Positions 1-14,130 of a stretch of DNA of 64,000 bases are shown one piece after another. The DNA comes from Octopus bimaculoides (Eukaryota). The notes beneath the pieces are model-generated. The model was not told where the DNA came from and ran no database searches. It saw nothing but the letters and a program-made list of their open reading frames with translations. The stretch covers positions 39,872,240 through 39,936,239 of the forward strand of contig NC_068993.1 of assembly GCF_001194135.2 (NCBI RefSeq). The letters are read 5' to 3'. Each line of letters opens with the position of its first letter. Positions within the stretch are counted from its first letter, which is position 1. The translations under genes and the position numbers were made by a program.

Positions 1-306
1 ATATATACATNNNNNNNNNNNNNNNNNNNNNNNNNNNNNNNNNNNNNNNNNNNNNNNNNNNNNNNNNNNNNNNNNNNNNNNNNNNNNNNNNNNNNNNNNN
101 NNNNNNNNNNNNNNNNNNNNNNNNNNNNNNNNNNNNNNNNNNNNNNNNNNNNNNNNNNNNNNNNNNNNNNNNNNNNNNNNNNNNNNNNNNNNNNNNNNNN
201 NNNNNNNNNNNNNNNNNNNNNNNNNNNNNNNNNNNNNNNNNNNNNNNNNNNNNNNNNNNNNNNNNNNNNNNNNNNNNNNNNNNNNNNNNNNNNNNNNNNN
301 NNNNNN

Positions 307-371
<65 letters not shown>

Positions 372-756
372 GCATATGAACCAGACTATTTTGATTGCCA
401 AAGAAAATATCCATATGTGTGCTGTTCGGCAATGAAAGAGTATTTTTCATGTACATCAAATGGCTTCCCATACAATATATCGCAACCTCATACTCGCATA
501 CACACGTACGTTGTGTCTCGCACGCATAGTCACACACACACATGTACACACAAACGCAACGCATGCAGACGCATGCACTCACACACACATATACACACAT
601 ACACAAAAACACATATAAACGCTCAAAAACACACATAAACGCTCACACACGCACACACACACACACACACACACTGTAACACATGACCGAAATGTGATAT
701 TGTTGACATCAACGTGTTGATCGTCCTTTGTTGCAGTTATTTCATTGTCAATTCTG

Positions 757-759
<3 letters not shown>

Positions 760-828
<69 letters not shown>

Positions 829-1035
829 GGTGTTGTTGTTGTTGTTATTCTGGTTGTCGTTTCTGTTGCTGTTATTTTATCATTATTGTTATTTTGTTTA
901 TTATCATTATTATTACTATTATTGCTTTTTTTTATTATTATTATTACTATAAATATTATTACTATTATTATCATTATTATTGTTGTTGTTGTTGTTGTTA
1001 TTATCATTATTATTATTGTTATTATTGTTAATTTT
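760..1035. repeat. Compound (ATT)n/(GTT)n trinucleotide array
   Basis: Long TTA run from about 760 to 827, then mixed TTG/TTA; gives poly-I/Y/L ORFs in several frames. Confidence 0.95.
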
Positions 1036-1607
1036 ATTATTACTTTGCTTTCTGTAAGCTGTAAGCTGCTTTGCTGTGTCTGTTTTTATAGTTTACAATA
1101 GAGTGGGTGGTGATAGGTTGGTTTCGTGACGTTCGTTGTTAGACAAGTGCGATTTAAACCATAGAAAGTGATGGGTTTACTCACCCATAAACAATAATGA
1201 GTACTATTGAAGACATTACACATTACACACATCATACACATCGACATACAAACATATACACAGATTGTCACAACTGTCATATGTGTGCGAGTGTGTGTGT
1301 GTGTGTGTGTGTTTGTGTGTGTATTTACATACATGTATATACATACATAAATATGTGTGTGTGTATATATATTTTTTTATATATATAAATGTATATGTAT
1401 ATGTATATTTAGACATATATACATACACAAACTGACACACTCACACACACATATAAATGTATGTATATGTGTGTGTATATATGTATGTGTAAGTATATGT
1501 AAAAATATACATATATACATAAATATATATATATGTATATGTGTATATATATTTATATATATATAAGTATATATATATGCATAAATAGTGTATATATTAA
1601 TATATAC

Positions 1608-1641
<34 letters not shown>

Positions 1642-2271
1642 NNNNNNNNNNNNNNNNNNNNNNNNNNNNNNNNNNTATACACACATATGTATGCATGTAT
1701 GAATGTATGTATGAATGTATGTGTGTATCTATACACTCATAAGAATGCGAATATAAGTATGTATATGAACGACCACCGTTACAATACCTCTAGTAGACGT
1801 TTATAGTACAGTGCTATGAAATTCTCGAATCTTTGAGAGCAAGTTTAGACGGATAAAATAGACATAGCCTGAAATCATATATTTAATTACAAAAGTTATT
1901 GTTTGTAAAATTGACACGTTGTTTGAAATAGTTTGAGGTGACTAGTTGATTAAATCTGCCCTAGAGCTTAAATTTTACTTTTTTCGTATAGGACGGATGA
2001 AAAGTAATGTAGGCGTAGGTGATATTTGAAATCAGATTGTAAACAGCCGGAACAGATACTAGAAGGTATCTTGTGCACAGTTCTAATGATTCGGTCAATC
2101 CACTGCCCTTAATAATACTTGTTACTTGACTAGGTACAGAGCCACAAATTTCAGTGGAAACCGATATCGTGTGTTACTTTATTTTATCGACCTCAGATGG
2201 ATAACAAGCCAAATAGAATTGTACACACTAATCGTCTTGATAATAAAGTTAATAAGGAATTTACACGTTGG

Positions 2272-2440
2272 TTTCAAATTTTGGCTCAAGGCCGGTAAGT
2301 TCAGTGGAGGAGGCTAGTCGACCGCATCGACTTTGACACTTTTTTTATTGACTCTGAAAGGGATGAAAAGCAAATGCAATGACGGACGAAATGCCGCTAA
2401 GCATTTGCTCAGTGTGCTAACGACTCTGCAAGTTCACTGC
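2272..2440 (-). mobile_element. tRNA-derived SINE, family D (gagctggcagaatcgttagcac... type), degenerate
   Basis: gacggacgaaatgccgctaagcatttgctcagtgtgctaacgactctgc matches the better copies at 43690-43750 and 58895-58950. Confidence 0.75.
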
Positions 2441-3518
2441 TTTAATAAGGAATATAAATATTGCTATATGTAAAATAATACACTGCAGAACACTATCCAA
2501 GGACTGTAGACGAACTGAAGACTGCAACTGCGGGATAGCTAGTGAGCTGGTCGGCAGAAAAAGGGACTTCCGGTTAGTCGGGAAAGGAGACGGAGACGTT
2601 GGCTGGTCGATGGTATTCGCTCTCACTATGTGTAGCTGAACGAAGCAAAAATAAATAATACTCCGACGCAATCTTGTTAGTTGATTTTATGTATAGATTA
2701 ACAAAGCTATCACATTGTGATGACAAGATATACAGCTACATGCATCTGTATAATCTTTTCATATAGTTAGTAGATCTCCACCTTCATTATTGTTATTTTA
2801 TTTCTGTATCACAATATTTCAAGCAGACTACAACGTTCGTATCTATTACTTGAGCTTTTACAATCACACCATTCATTATTCTTTCAAAAATGTATTACAT
2901 CTCGTAACTTATTATACCTCTATTGCAGTACATTGAAAATTGATTTCAAGCCGGACATTTAAATTTGGTACCGGAGAGTAATTGGAGAGAAGCTGAAACA
3001 AGGTCTAAATAGGTCTTCAGGAGAGATAGGTCTCGAAAAAATAAACCTGACGTACTCCAGATACTTGTGACACGTGTACATATGTTTAGTGTAAATTTTA
3101 ACTATTTGTGCACCATTGACCACAAATACACAATATTGTATTTGTGTTCACATAACACCTAAGTCATTTATATAATATGTACAAATTTCTCCGCGTTACC
3201 CATTAACCAATACAGTGCCGTTTTAGGAAGTAAAGAATCCAGAAATGAGTAAACCTTCCCCAAGACACAAAAGCAGAAATACACAATTGTGTACTGGTAA
3301 CCGTTGAAATAATAGTAAATTTATTCATCATTTCGATAATTTCATCTCAAGTGCTCGCAGTATATGAACTGTTATTTATATGAGAGAACCTGTAATGATG
3401 TCTCATAAATACTGATATCATATATTACACTAAATCAAATAGTCTAACTTCTATAGTATTTGATAACTCCGTTTATCTCACACAGCAGCGAAGAGCACAT
3501 GAGAATATTTAAACACGT

Positions 3519-3573
<55 letters not shown>

Positions 3574-3651
3574 TGCACACACGCATACACACACACAGAT
3601 GAATGTATATGTATATATAGATATATATATATATGTATGTATCTATGTACG

Positions 3652-3687
<36 letters not shown>

Positions 3688-4405
3688 NNNNNNNNNNNNN
3701 NNNNNNNNNNNNNNNNNNNNNNNNNNNNNNNNNNNNNNNNNNNNNNNNNNNNNNNNNNNNNNNNNNNNNNNNNNNNNNNNNNNNNNNNNNNNNNNNNNNN
3801 NNNNNNNNNNNNNNNNNNNNNNNNNNNNNNNNNNNNNNNNNNNNNNNNNNNNNNNNNNNNNNNNNNNNNNNNNNNNNNNNNNNNNNNNNNNNNNNNNNNN
3901 NNNNNNNNNNNNNNNNNNNNNNNNNNNNNNNNNNNNNNNNNNNNNNNNNNNNNNNNNNNNNNNNNNNNNNNNNNNNNNNNNNNNNNNNNNNNNNNNNNNN
4001 NNNNNNNNNNNNNNNNNNNNNNNNNNNNNNNNNNNNNNNNNNNNNNNNNNNNNNNNNNNNNNNNNNNNNNNNNNNNNNNNNNNNNNNNNNNNNNNNNNNN
4101 NNNNNNNNNNNNNNNNNNNNNNNNNNNNNNNNNNNNNNNNNNNNNNNNNNNNNNNNNNNNNNNNNNNNNNNNNNNNNNNNNNNNNNNNNNNNNNNNNNNN
4201 NNNNNNNNNNNNNNNNNNNNNNNNNNNNNNNNNNNNNNNNNNNNNNNNNNNNNNNNNNNNNNNNNNNNNNNNNNNNNNNNNNNNNNNNNNNNNNNNNNNN
4301 NNNNNNNNNNNNNNNNNNNNNNNNNNNNNNNNNNNNNNNNNNNNNNNNNNNNNNNNNNNNNNNNNNNNNNNNTATGGTATAAATATATATATATATATGC
4401 ATATC

Positions 4406-4447
<42 letters not shown>

Positions 4448-4599
4448 ATATATGTATATATACATACATTTTATCTTTTAACTTTTCTGGTTTCAACCAG
4501 AGGTTGGGGCACTGCCTTTCAGTGTTGGAGCACTGCCTTTCTGTGTGTTGGTTTTCTTCTCTACTGTTTTTGGTGACGTAGGGTGTTGGACGGAGATGC

Positions 4600-5228
4600 T
4601 CTTCTTTGCGCTTCCTGACGCAATGTAGGTTCATGTGAAATTTCAGCTAAATCTTTGTACAGATATTTTTTGATGACTTCCTCATCCACACTTTGCAAAT
4701 CTCAGGTTGTTTGGTAGAATGATGAATAGTTATGAGACCCTGTCGTAATTGTGTAATAGCTATGTTAAACGGCTCCCTACCAACACGAAACTATGTTGTA
4801 TATTTGAGTGGCATTTTCTCCGTTAGTTCTCCTCCAGGAACGTGATCAGCCTCCTTCTAACATGCGTTCCAAGACCTTGCTAACACCTGAAGTCAGAGAG
4901 ATATGCCTGTAATGTTTAGCCTTGCTTTCTCATTTATTGACGGGGTATATGATACTATCTTTTAACAAATTGGGAAGTTTACCACTGGCAAAGAAACTGC
5001 AGTAGTTTTGGAAAGATTTCTTGCATCTCTTTAAATGAGAAATTGCAAATCCATCAAAGCTCGATGTTGAGTTTGAATTCATCTCATCAATGGACGATAT
5101 TATCCCTTCCTCTACTACATCGATGTAATCGATAGTTGCTACTTTTCCATCTACGTGTGCAGTGTTGAAAATTTTATCAGGGTTGCTTCTTTGCTTGTTT
5201 CCTAGTTGGTAACCAAACTTCTTACGGC
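4600..5228 (-). mobile_element. CR1/Jockey-like LINE reverse transcriptase fragment (pseudogenised)
   Basis: Minus translation SSFDGFAISHLKRCK...FASGKLPNLLKDSIIYPVNK*ESKAKHYRHISLTSGVSKVLERM, then frameshifted QHSF...FAK. Matches the LINE RT motifs (K)SxGxDG, P..K, YRPISLTS..K.LER, QHGF, DFxKAFD. Stops and frameshifts present; upstream part lost in a gap. Confidence 0.85.
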
Positions 5229-5435
5229 NNNNNNNNNNNNNNNNNNNNNNNNNNNNNNNNNNNNNNNNNNNNNNNNNNNNNNNNNNNNNNNNNNNNNNNN
5301 NNNNNNNNNNNNNNNNNNNNNNNNNNNNTGTATTCATGTATTTCAAGGCGGTTCTCTAGCAGATTAATGACTGAAACAACTAAAACATAAAAGATATACC
5401 TATACCTATACATATACACATATGCACACAATCAC

Positions 5436-5555
5436 ATATAGATGTACATCCATATACATATATATATGCACATCCATATACATATATAGATGTACATCCA
5501 TATACATATATAGATGTACATCCATATACATATATAGATGTACATCCATATACTC
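5436..5555. repeat. 24-bp minisatellite, about 5 units (tatatagatgtacatccatataca)
   Basis: Seen directly; translates as repeated MDVHLYMY in ORF 5406..5606. Confidence 0.9.
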
Positions 5556-5589
5556 ATATATGAGCGCACAGTCATAAATATATATTATT

Positions 5590-5770
5590 TCCCTATTCTT
5601 TATCAATTTAAATCATTGGACCGCGGCCATACTGGGGCAACCTCTTGATGAGTTTTAATGGAACAATCAGCACCAAAGACTGCTACTAACTCTTTTAGTC
5701 TCACGGAACTTCAATGAACCTGTTGTCAAGCGGCGGAAGTGAAAAAGCTGAAACACAGACACAGAAACTC
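5590..5770 (-). mobile_element. SINE family C 3' tail, degenerate
   Basis: tcattggaccgcggccatactggggc...ctgttgtcaagcggcgg is the reverse complement of the tail seen at 50690-50870 (gcttgacaacc...cagcatgaccgcagtcaaatga). Confidence 0.65.
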
Positions 5771-5782
5771 ATACACATACAA

Positions 5783-5827
<45 letters not shown>

Positions 5828-6077
5828 CACACGTGTGAGTGTTTATATTCGCATATGCACCTTGTGGTATGCTGGGTAGAGCCCGTCCACCGTATTTGGC
5901 TACCTGGTGCCATCAATAGTATGTTGGTAAGTGCCACTGTATTGACTTCAAGAATTCCTTTGTGTTCGTAGAGTTTCTAAAAATATGAGAGAAAGGAAAT
6001 GGAATCACGATTGTAGTGAATAATAAAGATTCTCTTGAGTTCCATTTCCTTTCTCTCATATTTTTATATGTACATAA

Positions 6078-6108
<31 letters not shown>

Positions 6109-7072
6109 TGTGCAAACATGCATGCATATACACATATATTATTTCGTATAGAAGTATGTTCCCTCACAGATACACCCATATAGCTCCACATATAAGACTT
6201 GAATGTATTTCAATCAATCGCTCCTGCTAAATACTCATGTGCAGGCACACTTACGTATATACATATACACATATACTCTTTTCCATAGGCACATATATAG
6301 ACACATACTGGAAGGCTGAGACCAGGTTGCAGAAAGCGTTGTTAAAGAAATAGAATATAACGAATATTCAACTACGTATATTCATTCACATGACACGACG
6401 ATACTACTGTAAATCTATATCGGTCCAAGCGTGCGGCTTTCTTTTGGATAATCGTCGGTGGCTTGGTGAGGACGACTTGGCATGCATGGACAACTGCCGG
6501 TCTTCGACAAGGAGAAATTCATCCCAGGGCTGTGCATACAACCTGTAAATGCATAGTGAACGAATAAAAACCTTATGGGTTTGCCTGAGATAAGATTAAA
6601 GAAAGCTGACTTACGAATAAAATCTTTATCAATTTGGATAATCCTTAAGAAGCATAACGCATCTAAGACTACGTTACTCAATGCTTCCGTCATATTTTAA
6701 GACAGTACTAATTGGTTTGAGGATGATATCGCTACTATCTTTACAGGACTAGTAGCTAAGTTGAAGCATCCATATTGGTTAGCTTTCATATAGTTTCCTT
6801 TTTTATAGTTTTTTGTTTTTTAATGTGAACATTTAATATCTGCTCAGTCTGAGATTAATCATCAACACTTCAATGTACATTAATGTAATTGTTGGATGTA
6901 TAAATCGTAAAGGTATTATTTTATGCATACCTTACTTCAAAGATCGCGAATGTCAGACTTGGGAAATAAGGGGGTAGATTCAGCCGAGCGAGACACTTTC
7001 TGGCTGCTAAAACAAAAATGTATGAATTTGAAATACAAGGACATATGTGAGCAAAGAATGTGAAGTGAATAG

Positions 7073-7146
<74 letters not shown>

Positions 7147-7156
7147 NNNNNNNNNN

Positions 7157-7219
<63 letters not shown>

Positions 7220-7559
7220 CAGACAGGCAGATAGCTAGACTGATTGAGAGACAGATAGAAAGGTACATGATAAAAAGAAAGAGAAAGAGAGACAGGGAGG
7301 GAGCGAGAGAGTGAAAGAGAGAGAGAGAAATGCATTGTAGTGAATAAAAAATATACAGACTGCCATATAATTACAATTGCTGAACTCCGAGATACAGAGG
7401 CTTTGACGAGAAAGATGGGTGTCAGAGACGTCATTCGGAAGCTGACCCTGAATAAGTACGTTCGCCACCACTGGAACAAGAAGCACAAGAGACGAAATCT
7501 GACAGAGCCAAGACCAAAGCGAACCACTTTGCAAACGTACTGCTGCTAGGGCCAGTTGT

Positions 7560-8190
7560 ACAAAACTTCGATCAAGCCTCTTGCCTACGAACCGTGTGAT
7601 GTTTCACTTATTATGAAAACCAAGTTTCCCCAAAATGTGATGGTCTTTCGGTGCGTCTCCAGTGAGTGTGACACCATGCCGCCCCACATCTTTGAATAGG
7701 GTGTAATCAATCCTTGACTGGAGAAGGTGGTTGCTTGAAGTTTCTGCTTGAGGGCCATATATGTTGCAGCAGGATTCGGCCCTATCTCTTCAAAAAGTCA
7801 GAAGTAGTTGTTGGAGAATTATTATGACTTCACCAGCCATATTTCTGGCCTCGTAATCCCTCCGATTGCATGCCGACAGATTTGGGGTGTGGTTGAGAAA
7901 AATAAAACCGCTCTGCTTGCAACACCTAAGCCTAGCTGGTAAGCAAGATCAAGGAGAGTTCAAAGATCTTCCCAAGGACACAATAAGGAATGCATGCGCT
8001 AGATAAGGTTCCGGTGCCGTTTTAAGGCCGTGATGGAATGTGTGGGTAACTAATTTGATTAAACTGTTATCTTCCAGCCATAACGTAGTTGATGTTTTAT
8101 GATCTTTTAAGATACTTTTATTTTTGGAAGGGATACCGTGTTTAATTTTCCCTTTATGTAAACTGTCAAATTTAACCAGAACAACTTATA
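7560..8190 (+). mobile_element. mariner/maT (DD37D-like) transposase remnant with probable 3' terminus
   Basis: Piecewise translation LAYEPCDVSLIMKTKFPQNVMVFRCVSSECDTMPPHIFE*G...GPYMLQQDSA...KSQK*LLENYYDFTS..FWPRNPSDCMPTD..WGVVEK. Resembles the maT motifs KTKxPxxVMV, MPPH.F, QQDSAP, WPPxSPDxNPxD. Several stops and frameshifts; no left TIR seen. Confidence 0.8.
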
Positions 8191-8799
8191 CACGCGCGCG
8201 CGCACGCAAATATAGTTGCATAGAGTGATAAATTGAAACTGAAAATATTCAGAAAATGTTACTTCGAATTTCACATAAATACTCATCAGATAAGATCGAA
8301 AATCCGACAAATTCTAAATCATGTGAAACTCAGAGTAAAATCTTGCAAAATTTAAACATTAATGAAACACTTTATTTTCATCTCCGTTGGATATTCGTGA
8401 ACAATTTTGTCCACCTTTCTTTGACCAAAATGCTCACATATCCATATATATATATATATATATACTTGTATATGGTGTGTTGCGAATTTATGGAAAGAAA
8501 TACCATAAAACTCAACAATTTTGATAAAAAAGGCAAAAGAGAAGATGTTAAAATATATAAGAGAATTTTAATTCATGCAGTCGATCGTTTCGTACAGCGA
8601 TATAAAAATCATGCAAATTCATGGTTTGAACAGAATTAATAAAATTAATTATATATCAATGCAATCTTCAGTGCAAGTATTTAACCACAGCAAGTATTTA
8701 AATTTACTATCTAATTGTAATATTAACAACTATGTTTCTGTTATTTACGAATTTTCCTACCTTATATTTAATACACACTAATGAATATTAGTTCTTATG

Positions 8800-9290
8800 C
8801 AAACACTTGACCATTTTACGTACCCTATTCTCTCTTTAATCCTTTGTTAACTAATAACACTTCTTTACGTTAACAATCCAGTTGCTCTTTATACACTATC
8901 TTCTCTTGTTTAACTTCATTCTCGTGTATCAGTTTTTTTTTTAATATACACCACACTAAGTTTTGTTTCTAACTGTCAGGCCATATCTTAATTCAAATAT
9001 AGCCATGCATTTCCATTGCACATTTCTATACAATCTTTTCCCTACATGACTTATTTGGTGTTAGAATTATTCATCTATAGAGGGAACGTCTCTAAAACCT
9101 CTCTCACTTATATTTTCAAATAACCGTTATAATTTTAGTTTTAGTTAATACCTAACTGGACTCACACATATCTTTTTTTTTTTGTCATAAGGATAAATAT
9201 GAATCTCCTAGATCCTATTCTGCTGCTTCTTTTCTCAAGTCCTTTGTAGAAAATTTTACTTATACTTCTTGCACTGAAGATTACAGTGAT
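8800..9290 (-). mobile_element. Highly degenerate RTE-like LINE fragment
   Basis: Minus strand has faint remnants resembling YLG...F..L.P...GRLY...LYGxETW; many stops. Confidence 0.35.
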
Positions 9291-9563
9291 ATATAATTAA
9301 TCTAATCTAATTCAACCTTTTTATACACGCACGCACACACACATATATATATATATTTGCATGTTTATATACATCTATACGTCTATGTATACACACACAT
9401 ATGTACACACAGACACATATATGTTTACATATAAACGCTCACTTTTCTGTTTGTGTAATAGTTTGAGACGACACAAACATACATACATAATACATACATA
9501 CACATACATACATACAAACATACATGCATACATACATGCATACATAATACATACATACATGCA

Positions 9564-9598
<35 letters not shown>

Positions 9599-10773
9599 TT
9601 ATACATGCACACAAATATTATATATAAATGTATGTGGATATATATTACAAGACGTGTACACGTGTGCCTCAGTCGCAGCACGCGCAAGTGAACATGTGTG
9701 TTTGTGTGTCTGTGTATCTGTGTGTGCCTGCTTGTGTCTGTGAAATGCGTGTATCCATAAAGCTGTCTGTATATCCATATATCTGTAATATGAACAGAGA
9801 AATGTTGAATAGATGTCTTTCTGCCTTTTTGGAACGATAATGGTAACGTGGAAGAATTGTCTGATGACAATAGTAACGTTGAAATTAATGATATCCATTG
9901 CAGTTCTAAACGGAGAATTTTGATCGCAGAACTGCAGGAAGTGTATAGTTTGGTTGGTGACGGCACTATGGTAGTATCGTCACTTACAGCCAATAAAATA
10001 AAAAAATAAATGGTAGAATGGCTTTACTGCTTCGGAATCAAGCAACAAAAGTTAATAAACAAATAAAAAAATCTAAGGAGAATAGATATATATCTTTCTA
10101 TTGAAAATATTTTTGTACATAATGAGATATATGTAAAGAAAACACACTAGCGAACAAAAACCAACAGCCAAACAGCTTGCTATATGAGATAGTAAAATGG
10201 AAATATTACACATTCACATTCACACGCACACGCACGCACTCATATGCATATAAATGTGTATGTGTGTGTGTCTCTGTGTGCTTTTGTGTGTGTATGCTTA
10301 TCAATATATATATAAATATATATATATATATNNNNNNNNNNNNNNNNNNNNNNNNNNNNNNNNNNNNNNNNNNNNNNNNNNNNNNNNNNNNNNNNNNNNN
10401 NNNNNNNNNNNNNNNNNNNNNNNNNNNNNNNNNNNNNNNNNNNNNNNNNNNNNNNNNNNNNNNNNNNNNNNNNNNNNNNNNNNNNNNNNNNNNNNNNNNN
10501 NNNNNNNNNNNNNNNNNNNNNNNNNNNNNNNNNNNNNNNNNNNNNNNNNNNNNNNNNNNNNNNNNNNNNNNNNNNNNNNNNNNNNNNNNNNNNNNNNNNN
10601 NNNNNNNNNNNNNNNNNNNNNNNNNNNNNNNNNNNNNNNNNNNNNNNNNNNNNNNNNNNNNNNNNNNNNNNNNNNNNNNNNNNNNNNNNNNNNNNNNNNN
10701 NNNNNNNNNNNNNNTATATATATATATATATACATACATTCATATATATATATATATACATATATATACATGA

Positions 10774-10845
<72 letters not shown>

Positions 10846-11929
10846 ATGTACATGTGCATGTATAATTATACATGTATGCGTATGTGTTTGCGTATATATT
10901 CATCACACATCTAAAATATATAAATAAAAAAATGTGAGAAAACATTATTTCTTATATGCTTTCTTCCCAAGATTTTTCTTTCAGTGTTTAGAAGAATGAG
11001 GTTCTTTGCGTCTACTGTAAAGCCAAAATCGTATTTTGGTGAATAATGTCTTCTGATGTTTGGGCGAAAAATCTCCGATAACTTACCGAGTTCACCACAG
11101 AATATAGTCCTTATTAAATTTCTTTATTTTTTCATATCTTTATCTTTATTTCATCAGAAAGCTTGGTCCGCTCAGAGATTCTATGATTGGATTGAGTCAA
11201 TGCTATGAAACGAGACGGATTTTATTGTACATATGCGCTCAACTTCACCTATTAACTTTCTCCATTCACAAAAAAACGTATTATGTTGAATGCCATCAAA
11301 AATATAATATCTAACGTTTTTGTGTTTTGCAGTTGTTGTTTATTTATATATTTGTTTGTTGTTTTTCTTTTACTTTTTTGCCGGAAACTGCCTGACCACT
11401 CTAAGTATCATGACGTACACATATTGAGATTTGGTGCTGCCATTGCTACGTTTTGCTATAGAAGCAGACTAGTATATTTCATTGTTTTCAGCTTCACTCC
11501 CATCCATTAATCAGAGAGTGTGAACGATAATGGCTTCTGTCCCCCTCTTCAATATGGTGGAGTATAACTCTCTTGAGTACGTTACCGGTCAAAGAGAGAG
11601 CTTATCCAAGTTGTATGCTTGGATGCTAACTCCAACGGTCGAGTTCACAAAACCACTCACTGGTTCCCAGTTATTGCTGGCAAATATTTGGACAGACCAA
11701 AGCCAATATGTCGTTTGGAATTTTCGAAATTAATTTCCGCTTCAAGATGAAATAGGTGTTCTTTGCGAAACAAATTTCTTATTGTTGTTGCTCTTATCTT
11801 GCACATCTGTGTAATGTCACAATAGAACAGCACCAATATGATGGCTGCTTTCAAAGCAATGTACAAATATATGGAAATTTTGAATTAATTTAGTCATAGC
11901 TATGGTTTTTTTCTATTTCTATCATGGGA

Positions 11930-12100
11930 CACATAAGTCTGAAATTTATTGCATTTTTCGTGTTTTTCACTCCTCTATTAATTACTCTACTCCAACGATT
12001 CCTGTTTTTTGTTGTTCCTTTGATTCCAGGTTTTGTATTCATATATGTATTTTGTGCTAGACTTACAAAACAGGAATATTTTCCGATAATATAATATATA
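11930..12100 (-). mobile_element. Possible RTE/BovB-like LINE 3' fragment
   Basis: Minus translation MNTK...NRNRWSRVINRGVKN resembles the W..A.NR..WR..I..G motif near RTE ORF ends. Short and degenerate. Confidence 0.3.
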
Positions 12101-12908
12101 CAATGCGCACCAAAGACATCTATTATCAAGGTGTAAATATGTGCTTCGCACAAGATATATATTTTAACGGTGTTTGCTTATGTATGCCCACCGTTTACCT
12201 ACTATATCTAAAAACACTCCGCTATTTTCCAAGCATAACTACGCAACTCTAACTTGTAACATAAAAATGTTTAAATATGATACCATTTTATCTCATGCAG
12301 AAGTTTATAACACTACACACAGCTATAAATTCACATTTAGACAATTGAGTTAAAACACACTTCAACGGTTTCTTAAATGTCGCTTTTTCTTTCTGCTTAT
12401 ATAGAAAAAAAGTGTTACGTGTTAAAAAAAAAAATCACTATATGTTTATTAATACAGGTAAATATGCAACAATTTAGTTATATACGTACAAAATATTTTT
12501 TTGTTATGAACAAATGCATTGATGTGCTTGGTATAGAGTTTACTCTGCATAATTATATACATATTTATGCATCGATTTAGATCAATACACAGATGCAAAT
12601 ATACATCAACACTACTCTACTTTTACATTCCTGAAGTAAAAAAAAAAAGGTGTCGACAGTGACAAAATGGTGCATAATTGAGATAAGTGGTGATTGTTAG
12701 TAAAAGGTATCGGCATAAATAGTTTTCCAACTAATTACTCGTCCCATGATAAATGTGTAACAGCAACTGTGTTCGAAGAGTATGTTGGTGGGCGGTGGGT
12801 TGTGGGTGGTGCATGTGTGTTTATATGTACAGTGGGAAACTAGCTATGAAAAGAGCGATGATATTGACAAGTCATTTTTTTATCAAATAAATGTAAATTT
12901 TATATATG

Positions 12909-12955
<47 letters not shown>

Positions 12956-13831
12956 CGCATCTTTTTCTCTTGCAGACATTTTATTCTATGTATTCAATTT
13001 TGGTTCTTTTCTATGAAGAGATTATTCTTGTCGATGTTCTTTAAAATTACATTTATGTCAAAAAATGTTGATGACAAACAGTATATTTGTTAGGTTTTAA
13101 TAGAAGTGGAGAAATGTTATATAGAAAATAACAGAAAATAAGAGAATATTGAATACATTTTGTTTAATATGAATGTATCATAAAACTAGAAATATGATAC
13201 GTTCTATAAAATATTTTAGTAGAAATTTAGTCACGTTAAGTACTGTAAAGAAAGTTGACACTACTAGAGCTCTATGGAATACAATTATGGCCCAGATTGT
13301 TTTATAATTTTTTTGCATATATTATAAGTTCTTCTCAATAAATTGAAAGCTCCGTACATCTCTTTTAAGAACTGGTTTTACTTCAAGTACAGAGTAGTTA
13401 ACTGTTTTGTTTAATTCACAAAAGACTACCAAATGAAAATTCAGATAGCAAGCGAATGTTTTTAAGTTCATATTTTCGTTTGGTGCGAATGCTGTAATTG
13501 ATGTCAATATGTTTGTCTCCTCTCCCTTTCTCTCTCTCTCTCTCCCCTTTCTTCTCTCTTTCCTTTCTTCTCTCCCCATCTCTATCTAGCTCTCGCTATC
13601 ACTGCTTATGTTTGTGTATAAGCAGGCGCTGTTTGTATTTTGAATCATTCCATGATCCTGCAAAACTTGGAAATTATGAAATTTATAGTCATGCATTCAA
13701 CAGAGAAAAATGGAATCCAAAATATAAAAAATGTGAGAAGCCTTGTTTGTTGCCTCACTGTACACTCTCTCAGACACTTCCAACAGAATCTCGAAGAAAA
13801 CCGTCGTAAATATGAATGTATATATGTATAC

Positions 13832-13873
<42 letters not shown>

Positions 13874-13919
13874 GTATGTGTGTATGTGTGTGTGTGTGTG
13901 TGTGTGAGTGTGTGTAGGT

Positions 13920-14130
13920 ATGTGTATCTTTGTGTTTGTCTTTGTTCCCCACCACCGCACGACAACCGGTGTTGGTTTGTTTAGATCCTCGTAATCTAGC
14001 GGCTCAGCAAAAGGGACGGTACAATAAAAACCAGGCTTTAAGAAATTAAGTAGTATGCCGGATCGATTCGATTATAACACCTCAAGCCGTTGGCTCAGCG
14101 TAGCCGCAGTCCAATGACTGGCACAAAAAA
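13920..14130 (+). mobile_element. SINE family C 3' tail following (TG)n
   Basis: tttgttcccc...gacaaccggtgttggtttgt...cgtagccgcagtccaatgactgg, similar to 50670-50870 and 51600-51760. Confidence 0.75.

Noticed and set aside
9815-10010. Acidic open frame WNDNGNVEELSDDNSNVEINDIH...
   Set aside because: No ATG or convincing acceptor, and no recognisable motif.
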